From Oopsacas minuta (lineage: Eukaryota; Animalia; Porifera), in assembly GCA_024704765.1 (NCBI GenBank), contig JAKMXF010000277.1, forward strand, positions 475,706 through 539,705: DNA of 64,000 nt. Direction: 5' to 3'. Positions 1-12,484 of the stretch are shown piece after piece. Numbering within the stretch: the stretch's first letter is position 1; each line of letters starts with the position of its first letter. The position numbers were made by a program, and so were the translations under genes. A model generated the notes under the pieces. It saw only the letters and a list, made by a program, of their open reading frames with translations. It made no database searches and was not told the origin of the DNA.

Positions 1-43
1 TAGCTTGGGACTTGCTGGGCACCGAGAACAATTGTCAGCAACC

Positions 44-540
44 TTAGTAGAAACCCCAATTGTACATCTTGTATCCCATGTCTGTCGTACATTTTGGTCC
101 AATTATCCAACGAAAACTGAAATATTCACAATTTGTGTTTTGAATATTCATAGAATAAATGTAACTGTTAGGGCGACTGTGAGGGATATATGGAGAGTGG
201 GACGGCTTGGGGCAGGGTTGATAAAAATCAAATAATGCCAATAAATTCATTAAGGGCTTGTCGGAATTGCATTCGCCTATGTATCGTATAGAAATACATA
301 TATAGTTGTGATATGAGATTCTTTTCAATAAGACGGGTCGTATATTCGAGATGCTCTTATAACCGACAGTCCAGTCTTTGAATTGTGACATTCATATAGT
401 AATTCATATAAAAAATAGAGAAATGAAACATACAGTCAAACTTGTCTATAATGGCCACCGAAAGAGACTGACCAAAAATGGCTGTTATATTGCTGGCCGC
501 TATGAACAGGGCTCTCACGATCTCGTCGTGATTCTCACCC
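44..540 (-). other. possible exons of an unidentified neighbouring host gene (low confidence)
   Basis: ORFs 357-554 and 44-391 can be joined in frame by a ~58-nt GTATGT...AAAG intron (phase 1), with an acceptor-like tactag near 541. No recognisable domain. Confidence 0.2.
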
Positions 541-639
541 ACTAGTATTAACATTATTTATACATTATGACTTAATGTATGATTTTATTAATAAAAATCT
601 CAAATCACCACCTGTGCTGACGTAATTTTCCTTAGGCCG

Positions 640-1170
640 CCAGATTCAGCGTATTTAGTACCACACATGTGTATTGAGGGAAGATGTACCAATATTTAGA
701 AATTTGGATAATTTGTTGACTTTATATTCATAATTCAACAATAAATATACACATGAGGAACTTGAAAATCGGATTCAGCGTACTCAAATACCAATGTATA
801 CCCGTTAAGTGCAAGTATCTACTTGTATTTGGATATTTAATTTATTTGTTGACTTTATATTCATAAAAACAGCAATAAATTTACCTGAGACACTTGAAAA
901 TTCGGATTCAGCGTATTTGACTACCCCTTTATGTCTGTTGAGCCCATGGTAACATGTTCAAACTAATCTCTAGCATTCTTTTGAATTTTTATATGGAAAT
1001 TTATGGAAATATGATTAATCACCTAAAAGGTGTGAAAAAATACACATCAGATAATTTTCAATTGTCAGTTGCATAACTAGTTGTAACTTCGAGTATACAT
1101 GCCAAATTTCGAGTAGTAATCTCCAAAGGTAGGAACATGAGAGGGAACACATACATAAATATATATATAT
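640..1170 (+). repeat. ~130-bp tandem units (GGATTCAGCGTA motif) of the HINE/DINE-like family, partial copy
   Basis: GATTCAGCGTA recurs at ~643, ~772 and ~905. The same unit occurs at 13200-14110 and 51500-51730, and inverted at 6100-6200 and 9830-10010. Confidence 0.6.
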
Positions 1171-1802
1171 ACCTACCTATCCTACTAAGAAACAAACCAT
1201 TTTAGAACTGTGCTACTATACTATAGTATATTAGAAAAGATTGATTTAAATCAAACAACACTGGAGGAGATGATAAATACCAGGTTCCTAGAAGCTTTTA
1301 AAACATTCTCTAACTCACTAATTATATTCTTAACATTATATATTTCACCAATGTAACCTCGTTATTACAAACACTAACAGTCGGTAAAATGTGTTCTTTT
1401 TCTCCTAGACTGTCATAGTTAGTATTAACCGGATTAATATCAATTGAATAACCATAGTGAAAAGTGGGAACTTAAGTTTGTTAAAATATTTTTCTTCTTA
1501 TCCGGAAATTTGCATTTACTCTGTTTTATTAACGAGGTTCCACTTTACTTATACTTAGAATAAGATGTATTCTATTTCTTTTTGTTTTATGCTATTTAGG
1601 TGAAAACTATAATAGATAATCCGTCAGCTGGAGGGACATGATGTGAATTAGTTACCCAATATTACTATGGCCGTGTTCACAAAAAAGTTGAATTCGAACA
1701 TAGGGGTGTTCACTTAGATGTAAGTTCGTACTTAAGTTCGAACATAAGTACCAACTAAAAGTGACTTACATAGGTTGATTAAATATAAATTCTCAAGATT
1801 AT

Positions 1803-4648
1803 GTGGTTTCAACCTCGCTACCATTCCAGACCAAATGTTTAAGTAACATGGAAGTTCTAATTGGGCAAAACAAAGTGGGGGCCTCAATAGATTCCGGATT
1901 ATCGGTGTCTTTGATAGTAGCTGATCTGGTGAGAAGAACTAGGACTGATGTTGATAGAAGCTATTCTAAACGGTTGCTTTCTACAACAGATGACGACTGA
2001 AAAGTAATTGGACGAGTTCTGCTTCCGTCAGAAATTTGTACGTTGCGGCAAATCGCAGTTCACATTGATTAGTGATTTGATAACTCCGGTCATCTTGGGC
2101 AGAGATTTTATTTCTACTCATAATTTAAAATTAGATTTCGAGAATGGTATTGTTGAATCGCCAATTTATGGAATTATTTCGATGTACAAGGGTACTGGGT
2201 TGGAAGGCTCCTTCAACATTCAACAGTGTTTATAAACATTCGGAGTTAAAGAGTACGAGGAAAGCAGTAAATATACGTAATTGTCAACCCCACCAAAAAT
2301 CAGACTAGTATAGTCGAGTCAGTGGCGCATATATCTACACAAAAGGAAGATGATGGCTGTGATGAATGCTCCATACCAAGCTTTACTAAAAATTGTAGAT
2401 ATGATATCCGAATTACCCACCTTACTTGAGTGACTTAATGTTGGAAAATATGGACATATTTTCTACCACATGCCAGGGCGGACTGAAATGACCTATCATG
2501 CGATCTTCACAGAAGATAGTCGACTAGTCCATCTGTCACAGAGAAGAATGCTTGCACATTACAAGTCAGAAGTGGATACTCAAATACAAAAGATGTTGGA
2601 TCGAGGGTTCATCAAAGAGAGCACTAGCCCTTGGGTTGCACCCGCAGTCTTTGTTATTAAATGAGATGGAAGTTTACGAATGTGTCAACTATCCGCAGTT
2701 GAAAAACGAACAGTGAAAGGTGCTTATCCTTTGCCCTTAATAGATGACATGCAATCTTATCTATCTGGTGCCGTTGTGTTTTCAACCTTTGAATGTCAAT
2801 AGTGGCTATTGGCAATTATCAATTAAACCCGACGATTGGTATAAGACCGCCTTCACACCTGGTCTTGGCATGGGATTATAGAAATTTGTGTGCATGTCAT
2901 TTGGGGTATGTACTGGACCTTCTCCTTTTCAGAGGCTGAAGGAGACTGTCTTGCGAGTATAGACACGGCCAAAGTATTTATTGATGATATTTTGGTTTTC
3001 TCTCCAGGCACAGGATCACACGTGAATCATTTAAAAGAAGTTTTTCAACGACTACGCGAATCAAAATTGATGTTGAGAGGCAGCAAATGTTGTTTGACTA
3101 AGTCTAGTCTTTGTAATCTGGGGTGTGTATTTTCTGTTCGAAGAATGAGACCCGACTCTTCCAAAATTGAGGCTGTACAAAATTGGCTTATTCCAATAGA
3201 CGTTTTCAGGGTACGAAAATTTTTAGCTCTTGGTTCTTATTATGGAAAGTTCATAGCAGGATTCTCTGACACAGCGTCACCTCTATATAGTTTGTTAGAA
3301 AAGATATTCAGTGCATTTGGAATGAAGACTGTCAAGACTCATATGAGTCACTGAAAGTGCGCTATCGAATAGTCCAGGTTGATTTATCCTCTTTGGGCAA
3401 GTATTTGTTTGGTTTACGGATGCGAGTGGTGTTGGTGTTGGAGCCATACTGGAACAAGATGGAGATGTTGTTTTTTATGCTAGTAGAACTTTAACAAAGT
3501 CCGAAAGAAATTATAGCTTGATTGAGAGAGAGTGTCTGGCTTTAGTGTTGGTACAAAGTAATTTCGACACTAACTCTCTGGGACGGAAGTTTAAAATTGT
3601 TCGCATCACAAACCATTGTGTTGGCTCTCTGCATTAAAGATGGAAGGTAGGCTTTGGTAGATGAGTGTTAGCATTATAGTATCGCACTGACTTAGAGAAT
3701 GTAAATGCTGTTCTTTTGTCTAGGAAGGTTCCTAATGAAGTATCTTTAGTCTATGAAATTGGTCCTGGCATCGATCAATAAGGATCGAATTAAGACCTGT
3801 CAAGAGAATTATACATTAAGCTTAATTATCAATCTTCTCTCGAAGAATTTATGTCCTTGTGGTACAAATCAAAATGTTCCTCAGCGGTATTCTCAATTTT
3901 ACACAAATTAAATTAGCTAATCATTTGTTATGTCGAAGATATGACGTGGAAGGATTTGGTATCACATGGAACTTGATAGTCGGCCCCGATGAATTGAAAA
4001 GAGCGTTATTATATAATCATTACGATTTCCCGTGTGCGGGCCATCAAGGATGGAGGAAAACTTCGGAAAAACTAAAATGGTAGTTTACCCAGACTACTGC
4101 AGTCCTGGGATATTTGTATGAAAGCTGAGCAAACGATGCCTCACAAATTACCTATGGACAGCACTCATATTGGAAATCAGTGGCATCAGATTGCAGTCGA
4201 TGTTATGGAAGTGTAGATTAAATCAAGAAGAAATATATATCTTCTGGTGATACAAGATTATTTAACAAAATGACTAGAGGCATTTTTAATGCCTGATCAA
4301 AAGACAGAACGAGATGTAGAATTGCTCAGGTCCTAGTTTACCGTGTTGGAATTTCAAGAGTGTCACATAACGAAATGAGAATGATGGCTGATTTATGCGA
4401 CTCTTTTATACGCCAACATGACCAAAGTAAAGAAATTGCACAATACGAAAGGACAATGTAAATATTTTAGGCCATATACTGTCTCGCAGATAACTGAAAG
4501 CCATGCAGTGATTTCTAACTTTAAATTTGGGAGAACAAAGGAAAATAAGATCCCGATTGATAAAGTTCGACCTTTTTACGAACATGATGTCGAACTTGGA
4601 AAACAAGGGCGTAAAAGAACATCTCAAAAAAAGTCCAGACATGGTTGA
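1803..4648 (+). mobile_element. decayed Ty3/Gypsy LTR-retrotransposon pol (protease-RT-RNase H-integrase)
   Basis: Protease IDSG (1803-2000); RT IKESTSPWVAPAVFV and VFIDDILVFS; RNase H TDASGVGVGAILEQ..YASRTLTKSERNYSLIERECLA (~3415-3545); integrase Zn-finger H..GHQG and core WHQIAVD. Domain order is Gypsy-type. Many stops and frameshifts; no LTR pair found. Confidence 0.9.
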
Positions 4649-6202
4649 TCTTCCAAGCAAGAAATCTCGGGAGGTAATTTAATAGTGCTGATATTTCATC
4701 AAATATTATTTGATAAAAATGGTTCAAATACTTACACTCGTATTTTCCTCTGTAGTCAGTAGAATATTCGTTTGCATTATCTAAACACACAAATATTTCA
4801 AATCTAGATGACTTTAAGGTAATCTTAAAACAAAATTTATCTTATCATTACTTTCATGACGCTATTACATCAGAAATTGCATGAGAACCTTTATCGTCAT
4901 CATACACTTGCTCCTAGCACATCGTTGTTTTTGTCTCAAAGAATTTTCATTCGCTGATCCAGCAACCGAACAATTTAGTTGGACAACCTCTTGGTAGTAT
5001 AAGCGTTGGGAAACTACACCCATGATTGGATGGAGTTGGGAATGCCTCTTCTGCTGTCTCTCTCCAAATTATTACAAGAACTAAAATTGTGACCTTCAAC
5101 TTAGATCCATCTTTTCGCGCTATGTTCCAAATTATCTCTTTGTCGCAAGGTTGAATAGAGCTCAGTCCGTGCAAGTAACAATCCAATCAATTCAATATAC
5201 ATAACTAATTACGGCCTTCATTATGAACCTGTGACATCAATATTGGACCGCCCTACTCGTACCTGTTGAATTAAATCTGATAACGTGTCTCCAGTTTAAT
5301 GTATTCTTCCTTTACGAGAAACACTTAACCACCAATACATCAATCTAAAGTGTATTACGAGACTGGCAACGCAACTAATAATTCTTAGCCGAGATCAAGC
5401 ACTTTAAATGTAGGTTATAATTACGTAAAATCGTTAATCGGAAATGTATAATACGCGTAAAGTAACCGTAGGATAAGTTAAATTCCCCATTCATCACAAT
5501 TGCAGCAAATTGCAACTTTGGTGATTTTTAGTTGTTTTCGTTATTGTTGTGTGCAAGTTTAAGCAAGGATACTTCGGTAAATACATGACAAATTCCAGCT
5601 TATTGCCCATGATGTGCCAAAATATGATCGAAGCCTCGAGCATTTATCTATATTGAGTTACTGTAATTATTTATCACATGATGATAATTACGTTACTTTG
5701 TGTGTCAATTACCAACGTTGTCGTAGGAATGGGATGGTAATGGGAATGAAATCACGTTCCTACGGCAAGTAGTGTTTTCTGTGGAATGACACGCTGAACC
5801 TTCAATTTCTCCATTGAACCAATGTGGCGATATAATCAAAAGGTCAAAATATTTTATAAAATAAATACCACCCGTGACATATACCAGAGAAATTCCGGAT
5901 GGGAAGAAGTAATTATTTTTACATGGCCTTACACTCTATATTATTAAATCCCATTTGTTGTCTGCCTATCTGTTTGTCCTTTGTCAAGGAAAGGATTTGT
6001 GGTATGCAGTTTTAGCATTATCGCACAACTATATATTTATCGTGTTTATTAAGGAAGTAAATAGAATTCAATAAAACTTCAGTAAATACATCAGACATGC
6101 TGAATCCGATTCTAACACTCTTGGATTAATCATGTAATTTTATTGTTGTTTGTATGTATAAATAGTAAACAAATTAGCCAAATCTCAAAATATACATACA
6201 GG

Positions 6203-9200
6203 CGTGACCTACGTTATAATAAGGCCTGTTCACTAGTGCGATTTTTTGGACCATGGATGTCGTTTAAGTCCATTAAATTTTATTTCAAATAATCATGTAT
6301 TTGATGTTATTCACCCAAATCGTGAACTTAAAATTGTTCTTAAGCGATTTTGAAGACCATGGATGCATTTAAGTCCTTATTTTTACAATAAATGTTATAG
6401 TTAGAGAAAATTAACTAAAATGTGAATCCATGAGAGAAAATATTATTGGGTTTAATACTAAGCATATTTCAAATAGTGAGTGCATGATAATAGTACAAAA
6501 TAATAAAAGATACGTATATGAAAGTGGTATGTGATAAGTTAATTAGGCTCAATTTCTTTAATTTTCGAGTGTTTTCGACACACGGTTTCAAGGGTAGCTG
6601 GGAATTCATGTTCTTAGTCTTATTTGATATTAGACAGTTTGAAGTAGCGGTCAATAGTTTAGCTAATACATCCCACATGAGTGTACCGCATTCGCTACAC
6701 ATCACTCTCCATACTTCAGCTTGTTCATCTTCTATAAGAATTGTTGTTAACTGTATCAGGATTCTTCAAGAAGGACCGGTTATAAAGTTATTGAATATGT
6801 TTGGTTGAAGCTCGATAGAAGAGAATACTTTCCATAGCGTAATAATTGCGTCTATGACATCACTACTTGGCCATTTTAGTGAGCCTCGGTCGATTATCTG
6901 AATTAATCGATATTCAGAATCTGAAGGTTCTTCAATTTCCATTTCTTTGTTTTCAGTGAGGAATAAGAGACATGATTGACATTTAGTAGAATGTTTGTAA
7001 TAGGCATGCACTGAGTAGCCTGCTGTAAAGGAGAGTGTTTAGAGTATTTGCTTGTTCAATTCTATCCCTGAATATCCCTGAATCGCCGGGAGATACATCC
7101 CTAAGCTGAAAGACGCATGGGAGTCTTGGTCACAAGAGGATGAGCACGATTCTAAGAAGTTCTTAAGTGATACGCTATCTTCTACAGGCTTTTTCGAAAA
7201 TAATTTGAGTATGCTGGACAACTTTATTCTCCGTTCTGTTTCAAGGACCTGGCAATAGCTAATGTGGTATTGTGCTCCTGACATCATCCTATACAAGCCA
7301 AAATGATGCTCAAGTGGATCATTTTGCAAGAACGAAGAAAGGACGTACGAATAGCCACAATTTCCAGTCAGATGGTTCACAATGCATGGGAGTGCAATAC
7401 AAGAGTGACGGAAACTTGTAAAGGTTTGAGGACTTAATTTACCTCTTTTGTCAGGCATGACTCGCCAACATTCAGCCCAATCAACTACACGTTGAAGGAA
7501 CATAAATCTGGTATCATTGTAGGCAAGTGGAACTGAAAATTCATCTTTGTGAAGGATACCCTTGTTCGGAGTATTGATGTTGAATATCTTCCAAACATTA
7601 CAAATAATGGCGATAATGTCTGCAGTCTGTGAATTTGTAGAAGTGTGGTATCGCGATTGGTGGCTAACGTTTAATGCAGCGGCTGTAGATTCATCAAATA
7701 TCCTTAAAGCTAAAGAAACATTTTGTCGTTCTAAAGTGGAAGGCCAACCACCTTTAGAGGTTAATCTTGGAGCTAATTTAGCAACAGAGTGTTGGTCACT
7801 TTTATATAATTTGCGAATTTCTTCGAAAATTGCAGTACTCGCAACTTGTATGTTCTCAAAAATCTGGATAAGTGAATGTTTTATTATAATCTATTTAGTT
7901 TAGGCAGTTATTACGTATCGATTTGATTATGTGAACGAAGTCAAAAAGCAAAAACAATGGCCGGTTTGAGTCCATAGGGTGAGGAACAATATGCTCTAGA
8001 AGTCGGCTTGGAGAAAATAACTTGAAAATGTTAACGTTCAATGGGTAATTATCAGTACATAAAATGTGTACAGAGAGTCCACATGCTTCAACATCACGAA
8101 TAACATCTTTGATGATAGGAAAGAGTACCTCAGCAGATGAGCTGGAACAGGGCAGTAAATGGACAATACTGGACCATCGTTTGGACAAACTTGATATCAT
8201 GAAGGCAAAAACGGTTTTTGCAGGATCAGTAGAATTCAAAGAAGATCCAATTATCTTACCTCCTTTGTATGTAAATGTGGATATTACATGAATTTCATCC
8301 ATCTGAATCATTACATTTCGTTCCCATTTGTTAAACTGAGTGACTGATTGTTTGAGATAATTGGTAAACTCAGAATCCAAACCAAAATTGGAATATAAGC
8401 GCTTTAGAATAGAAAGGTGTGGCAATGATAGACAGTCCAGGGATTGAAGATATCTATAACAAACTGGCGAGATAAGCTGGCATTTGAGGGACAAGACAAG
8501 AGTTTCGATGTTGTATTGCCTCATAGTTTTCGCGATCAAAGGTTATCAAATTGGCATAGAATAAACTGAAGACTTGATAATAGAGGCTGTTGGTTTCCAG
8601 ATTCTTCTCCAGTTGAAAGGGAGTCAATAGCTTTACGAATGCTTCCGGTTGCTTCTCTGACATGGTGTTGGAGTGTTTCAGGAGAATTAGTAGGGGCAGA
8701 ATGGTTTTCAATTTCTTTAAGCAAATCGTTAAGCTGACGAATATCATTTATCTGAGTGAGGGAAAGAGGAATGCGTATACCTTCGTAGAAACCCATAGTA
8801 TGTAATGTTTCGGTAATAGTTAACGAGCATCGAATTGCAATCAAACTGTTTCGTTATAGAAGGGTTGAGTAAATTAAAGGAATTATCATCAGAAGGCCAA
8901 ACTAACCAATGATTAGGCAAGCCCGAGTGCTTCGTTTTGGATACCAAGGCTTCCAGTGTGGCATTCGGAAAAGTTCTTTGTCTTGGTTATACTGTAATAG
9001 ACTCATTTATTGCAGTATCAATCAAATGCTGATCTCTCAAAGATCTATCAAATCTCGGAGGTATGGTGTCAGATGACGAAGAGAGATGAAGTGGACATCT
9101 AGGTAGAAAGCTTGGCACTGCATCCTTCTGCAATTTAGGCTTAGCTGGTACTTCTAAGTATGTTCAATCTGGTTGATGGATAGAAAAACTGGTCTGAATT

Positions 9201-9820
9201 TCTTCATCGAGGAAATGTTTTGAGCACATAAACACATTCTTTAAGTCTCTGATACCTTCTCTACAGAGCGCTCGAAGCCAACGATTGACAAGATCAGGTG
9301 GACCATTTGGCAGCTTAAATACTGGAGTATAAGGTTCTCCTGCGTAATTACTCCGACATCCGGGGGCAGAACACCTGTTGGGCATGACAAGCTAATTGAA
9401 AGTATAAAAAAGGAGAAATCGAGAGGTATATTAAAGAAATGCACATAACTGATAGAACAGAGTGGAGAAGCGGCATTACAGAGATAAAAGCTAAGTTGTT
9501 TAAACAACTTAGGATAAAAGTACAAGAGGACAAGTTCAACGGGTGGTGAGTACGTAAATGCATTGTCTCAATAAATTGAGTGTGAGAAAAAGGTTGATTT
9601 ATAAATTAATATAAATATTATGGGTTTCTAAGAAATACTTTTTACAAGCCTTCAACGACATCCATGGTCTTTAAAATCGCCTAAGAACAATTTTAAGTTC
9701 ACGATTTGGGTGAATACCATCAAATACATGATTATTGGAGTAAAATTTAATGGACTTAAACGATAACCATGGTCCAAAAAATCACACTAGCGAACAGGCC
9801 TTATTATAACGTAGGTCACG
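6203..9820 (-). mobile_element. P-superfamily (THAP9/Galileo-like) DNA transposon, full-length but inactivated
   Basis: ~163-bp TIRs starting CGTGACCTACGTTATAATAAGGCC. 7-bp TSD ATACAGG at 6196-6202 and 9821-9827. Confidence 0.92.
6539..9385 (-). pseudogene. THAP-domain P-element transposase pseudogene
   Basis: THAP: MPNRCSAPGC..PVFKLP..RWL..CSKHF. Catalytic-region motifs QMDEIHV, CTDNYPLN, FDFVHIIKSIRNN and LQNDPLEHHFGLYR are spread over several frames. Confidence 0.9.
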
Positions 9821-11049
9821 ATACAGGCTTGCTCTAAACGGCTACCCAGAGTTAAGTAAGTAGCCTGAATCCGAATTTCACATTTTCAAGTTTCATATAT
9901 GTATTTATTATTGTTGTTTTTATAAATATAAAGTAAACAAATTTCAAAATTGAGGTAGAATCATACTTTCGATGGTTATATCTGGGTTATCGGGTATCTA
10001 AGTCTGAATGTTGTAAACAACATCAATATTATTAAATCTCAATTGTTGTTTGTCTGTTTTTGTCCATTGAATACCTCGAGGCGGAATGCGGCGAGTTCAT
10101 CGCGCAGCGACGAGCCAAAGGCTCTTATAATTGTAAATTCAGCTTATCTAATTTATACTTTGTACGATGAAATTACATATCTACCCTCTCCAATCAGCAA
10201 TCATCTTTAATTCAAGAAGATATGAAAATGAAATACAAAATGGTCCAAAAGCAATAACATTTAGTAATCAGAATGCTGGAGGAGAGTTGTGAAATTTTAG
10301 TAAAAAATGTACAAAACGATGCACCCTGTTACTCATATCCCTGCTTCTACGATCCTAGTTAGCAAGCCCGATCAATATACTATTCACTGATAAAAACATT
10401 ATATGTGTTTATATCGAATCAACATGGAAGATATTCAAGTGTGATTTCTAGCATAAATCAGCTTTACGGAAGTACTAATTCTGGACACGGTATGTATCAA
10501 TTGTAGAATTCCCATCTTTCGGGGGTTCTATATTATTTAATATCAAACAAATTTTGTAGAAATTGCCAACAAGCATAACCACTATCTTGGATTTCATGAT
10601 AATAGGCTGATTGGTTATATGCGCGGAATCAAGCACGTGGACTTTACAATGAATAATAGCACTTGCAGCTAGTGGGAGATCCATGAGTTTCTGATGGGGA
10701 CGATAACCATCCAGTAGGGGGTCTTGGTCGTTGTGAGCCTCTTAGCTGGGTGGCTATATGCGACAAGCTAGAGTTGCACATTGGTTACCTTTCTAACGTC
10801 ACATACGTATCTTAGAATCTTAAAATCATTATTCTGAAGTTCATAATTCACATTTCGTTGGGAAACCCTCAATTAACTGTGTGGATTGTGTCCGTATATG
10901 AATGATGAATCTGTGAATAAATATGCCACTATAATATTCGGAGAGATATGGCATACTATGTTTGAAATCTGGAATAGAGAAAATGATTTATAAGGTAATA
11001 ATATTTATTTATACGGTTACAGCCCAGGGCCCTCCATATGTAGGTCAAG

Positions 11050-11326
11050 TATTCATTGGAGTTATACCAAATATAATATAAGATTAGGGGTAAGATGCGA
11101 GCAAAGTGAGTAGAAATTTGAGCACATAATGTAATGATTTATTACCACAATAATTCCAGAGGATATAACCCTGTGTGCCAAAAATCAGCCCTGGGAGTTT
11201 CCAGTTCCTTCAATCAATTCTGGACATACAAACATATATATAAATATATATACACACACATATACACATATATACACACATACATATACTATATAGACAG
11301 ATTAATCGCGTTTTAATAGTATAGAT
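11050..11326 (+). repeat. 3' end of a second HINE/DINE-like family with a (CATA/TACA)n tract
   Basis: Microsatellite-like run at 11225-11295 ending in TTTTAATAGTATAGATT, the same terminal motif as at 51890. The 5' boundary is not defined. Confidence 0.5.
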
Positions 11327-11881
11327 TATATCTTCGTGGGGTACGCCCATGGATCCTCCACTGTTTGTAGCTTGTGTGTATAGTGTAGTGGGTAATAAAG
11401 TTTATTGCAAAGGTATTATTATGATCCCTGGACAAGCAGACCTCATAGCCACAACACTGACTCAGTGCATAAGTATCCAAAATGATAAGTTCCAAATTCC
11501 AGGACCTAAATCTCTTATAAATATAAACATATATACAATTGAAATGTCATCCTCAAATCAATTACAAATGATGAAAAAGTTTAAAAATCTTAAAAACCAA
11601 TTGTTATGTCTATTATGAGATTGACATCAAATATTCAAACCGATTTGTGATATTCAGAAAGAAAAGTTGATTGTATCCTTTGGAAAGATTGTTAAAAATG
11701 TACAAAGTTCAAAGCGATGAATATAATATGTACAATCAAAAATTTTAAGATATCAGAGATTTCATTAAGGAACTCAGATGTGCCTTTGGGTAATAGAATA
11801 GATGATTTGGAATTTAAGACTTTATGGAGATAATTATCAAATACAATAGCCTATCCTCAAATAGTAAGAAACGATCAATAA

Positions 11882-12390
11882 CTACTTCTTAGAGTAAATC
11901 TTTGAGGTCTTACTATCTAATTTAACAATTTCATTTGGTATCACATTTGGCTCCAGTTTTAGTAGATTGTACAAAGTAGCTGTGGTATTCACAAAGTGAA
12001 GTTTCTGCCAAAACTTTTTACTTATGAACGGTTTAGAAATTTTTAAAGTAGTTCTTATCCAAGATGACGGATTAACTATATATAAAGAAGTAAGGCTCTT
12101 TTTCATACGTTCATTGATAATTTCGTAGAACTGTTTAATCCAAGGATAGGACGGTAATTGATGCTGTTGCACACCTGAATGAATATATATAAGGATATAG
12201 TGATCGAATATGAGACTGTCTAACATGGAAATAACATATAGAAAGATCTCTTTCAAAAGTTCTGGATAAAGTTTTTCGGTTTTGAGAGGTAGATATTTTC
12301 CAAATATAAGTACAACTGGCAATCTAGTTCTGTCTTGGATATATCCCCCATGTTGAAATATTCTAGTATAGTTTTCAATTAGTTCCATAT
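11882..12390 (-). CDS. PRUNE2: PRUNE2-like gene, terminal exon: BCH (BNIP-2/Cdc42GAP homology, CRAL-TRIO-like) domain
   Basis: DMELIENYTRIFQHGGY, IFLYVISMLD, PSYPWIKQFYEIINERMKKSLTSLYIVNPSSWIR and KPFISKKFWQKLHFV match the BNIP2/ATCAY/PRUNE2 BCH pattern. Acceptor tttctcctatttag|AT is phase 1, completing GAT (Asp) with exon 3. Stop at 11882-11884. Confidence 0.9.
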
Positions 12391-12484
12391 CTAAATAGGA
12401 GAAAATATGAACCACAATAAATGAGCATGTGCAAAGGATGCAAATAGCGTTGCAATCATTATTTCTAATTGTATATATATTCAT

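Larger units (their letters stand above)
5935..10130 (-). mobile_element. non-autonomous Helentron-associated (HINE/DINE-1-like) element interrupted by the P-like element
   Basis: The flanks of 6203-9820 rejoin into a reverse-complement homolog of 51330-51890: 5' hairpin GAGCC-TTT-GGCTC, ~130-bp units, GACA/AACA microsatellite, and a 3' end similar to GATTTAATAGTATAGAT. Confidence 0.7.

Noticed and set aside
4947-5186. Cys-containing ORF (DCYLHG...) as an EZH/CXC-like fragment
   Set aside because: Only a short motif resemblance with no supporting context.
5351-5498. TG...CA segment as the Gypsy element's LTR
   Set aside because: No matching second copy, no TSD, and it is not adjacent to a polypurine tract.
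10475-10684. VHVLDS as a Ulp1-like protease fragment
   Set aside because: No catalytic His or Cys motifs are present; too short to support.
12391-12484. First 32 codons of the ORF-track protein 11882-12484
   Set aside because: They lie upstream of a clear polypyrimidine/AG acceptor, are hydrophobic and non-homologous, and BCH similarity begins at the Asp-Met. Treated as intron.
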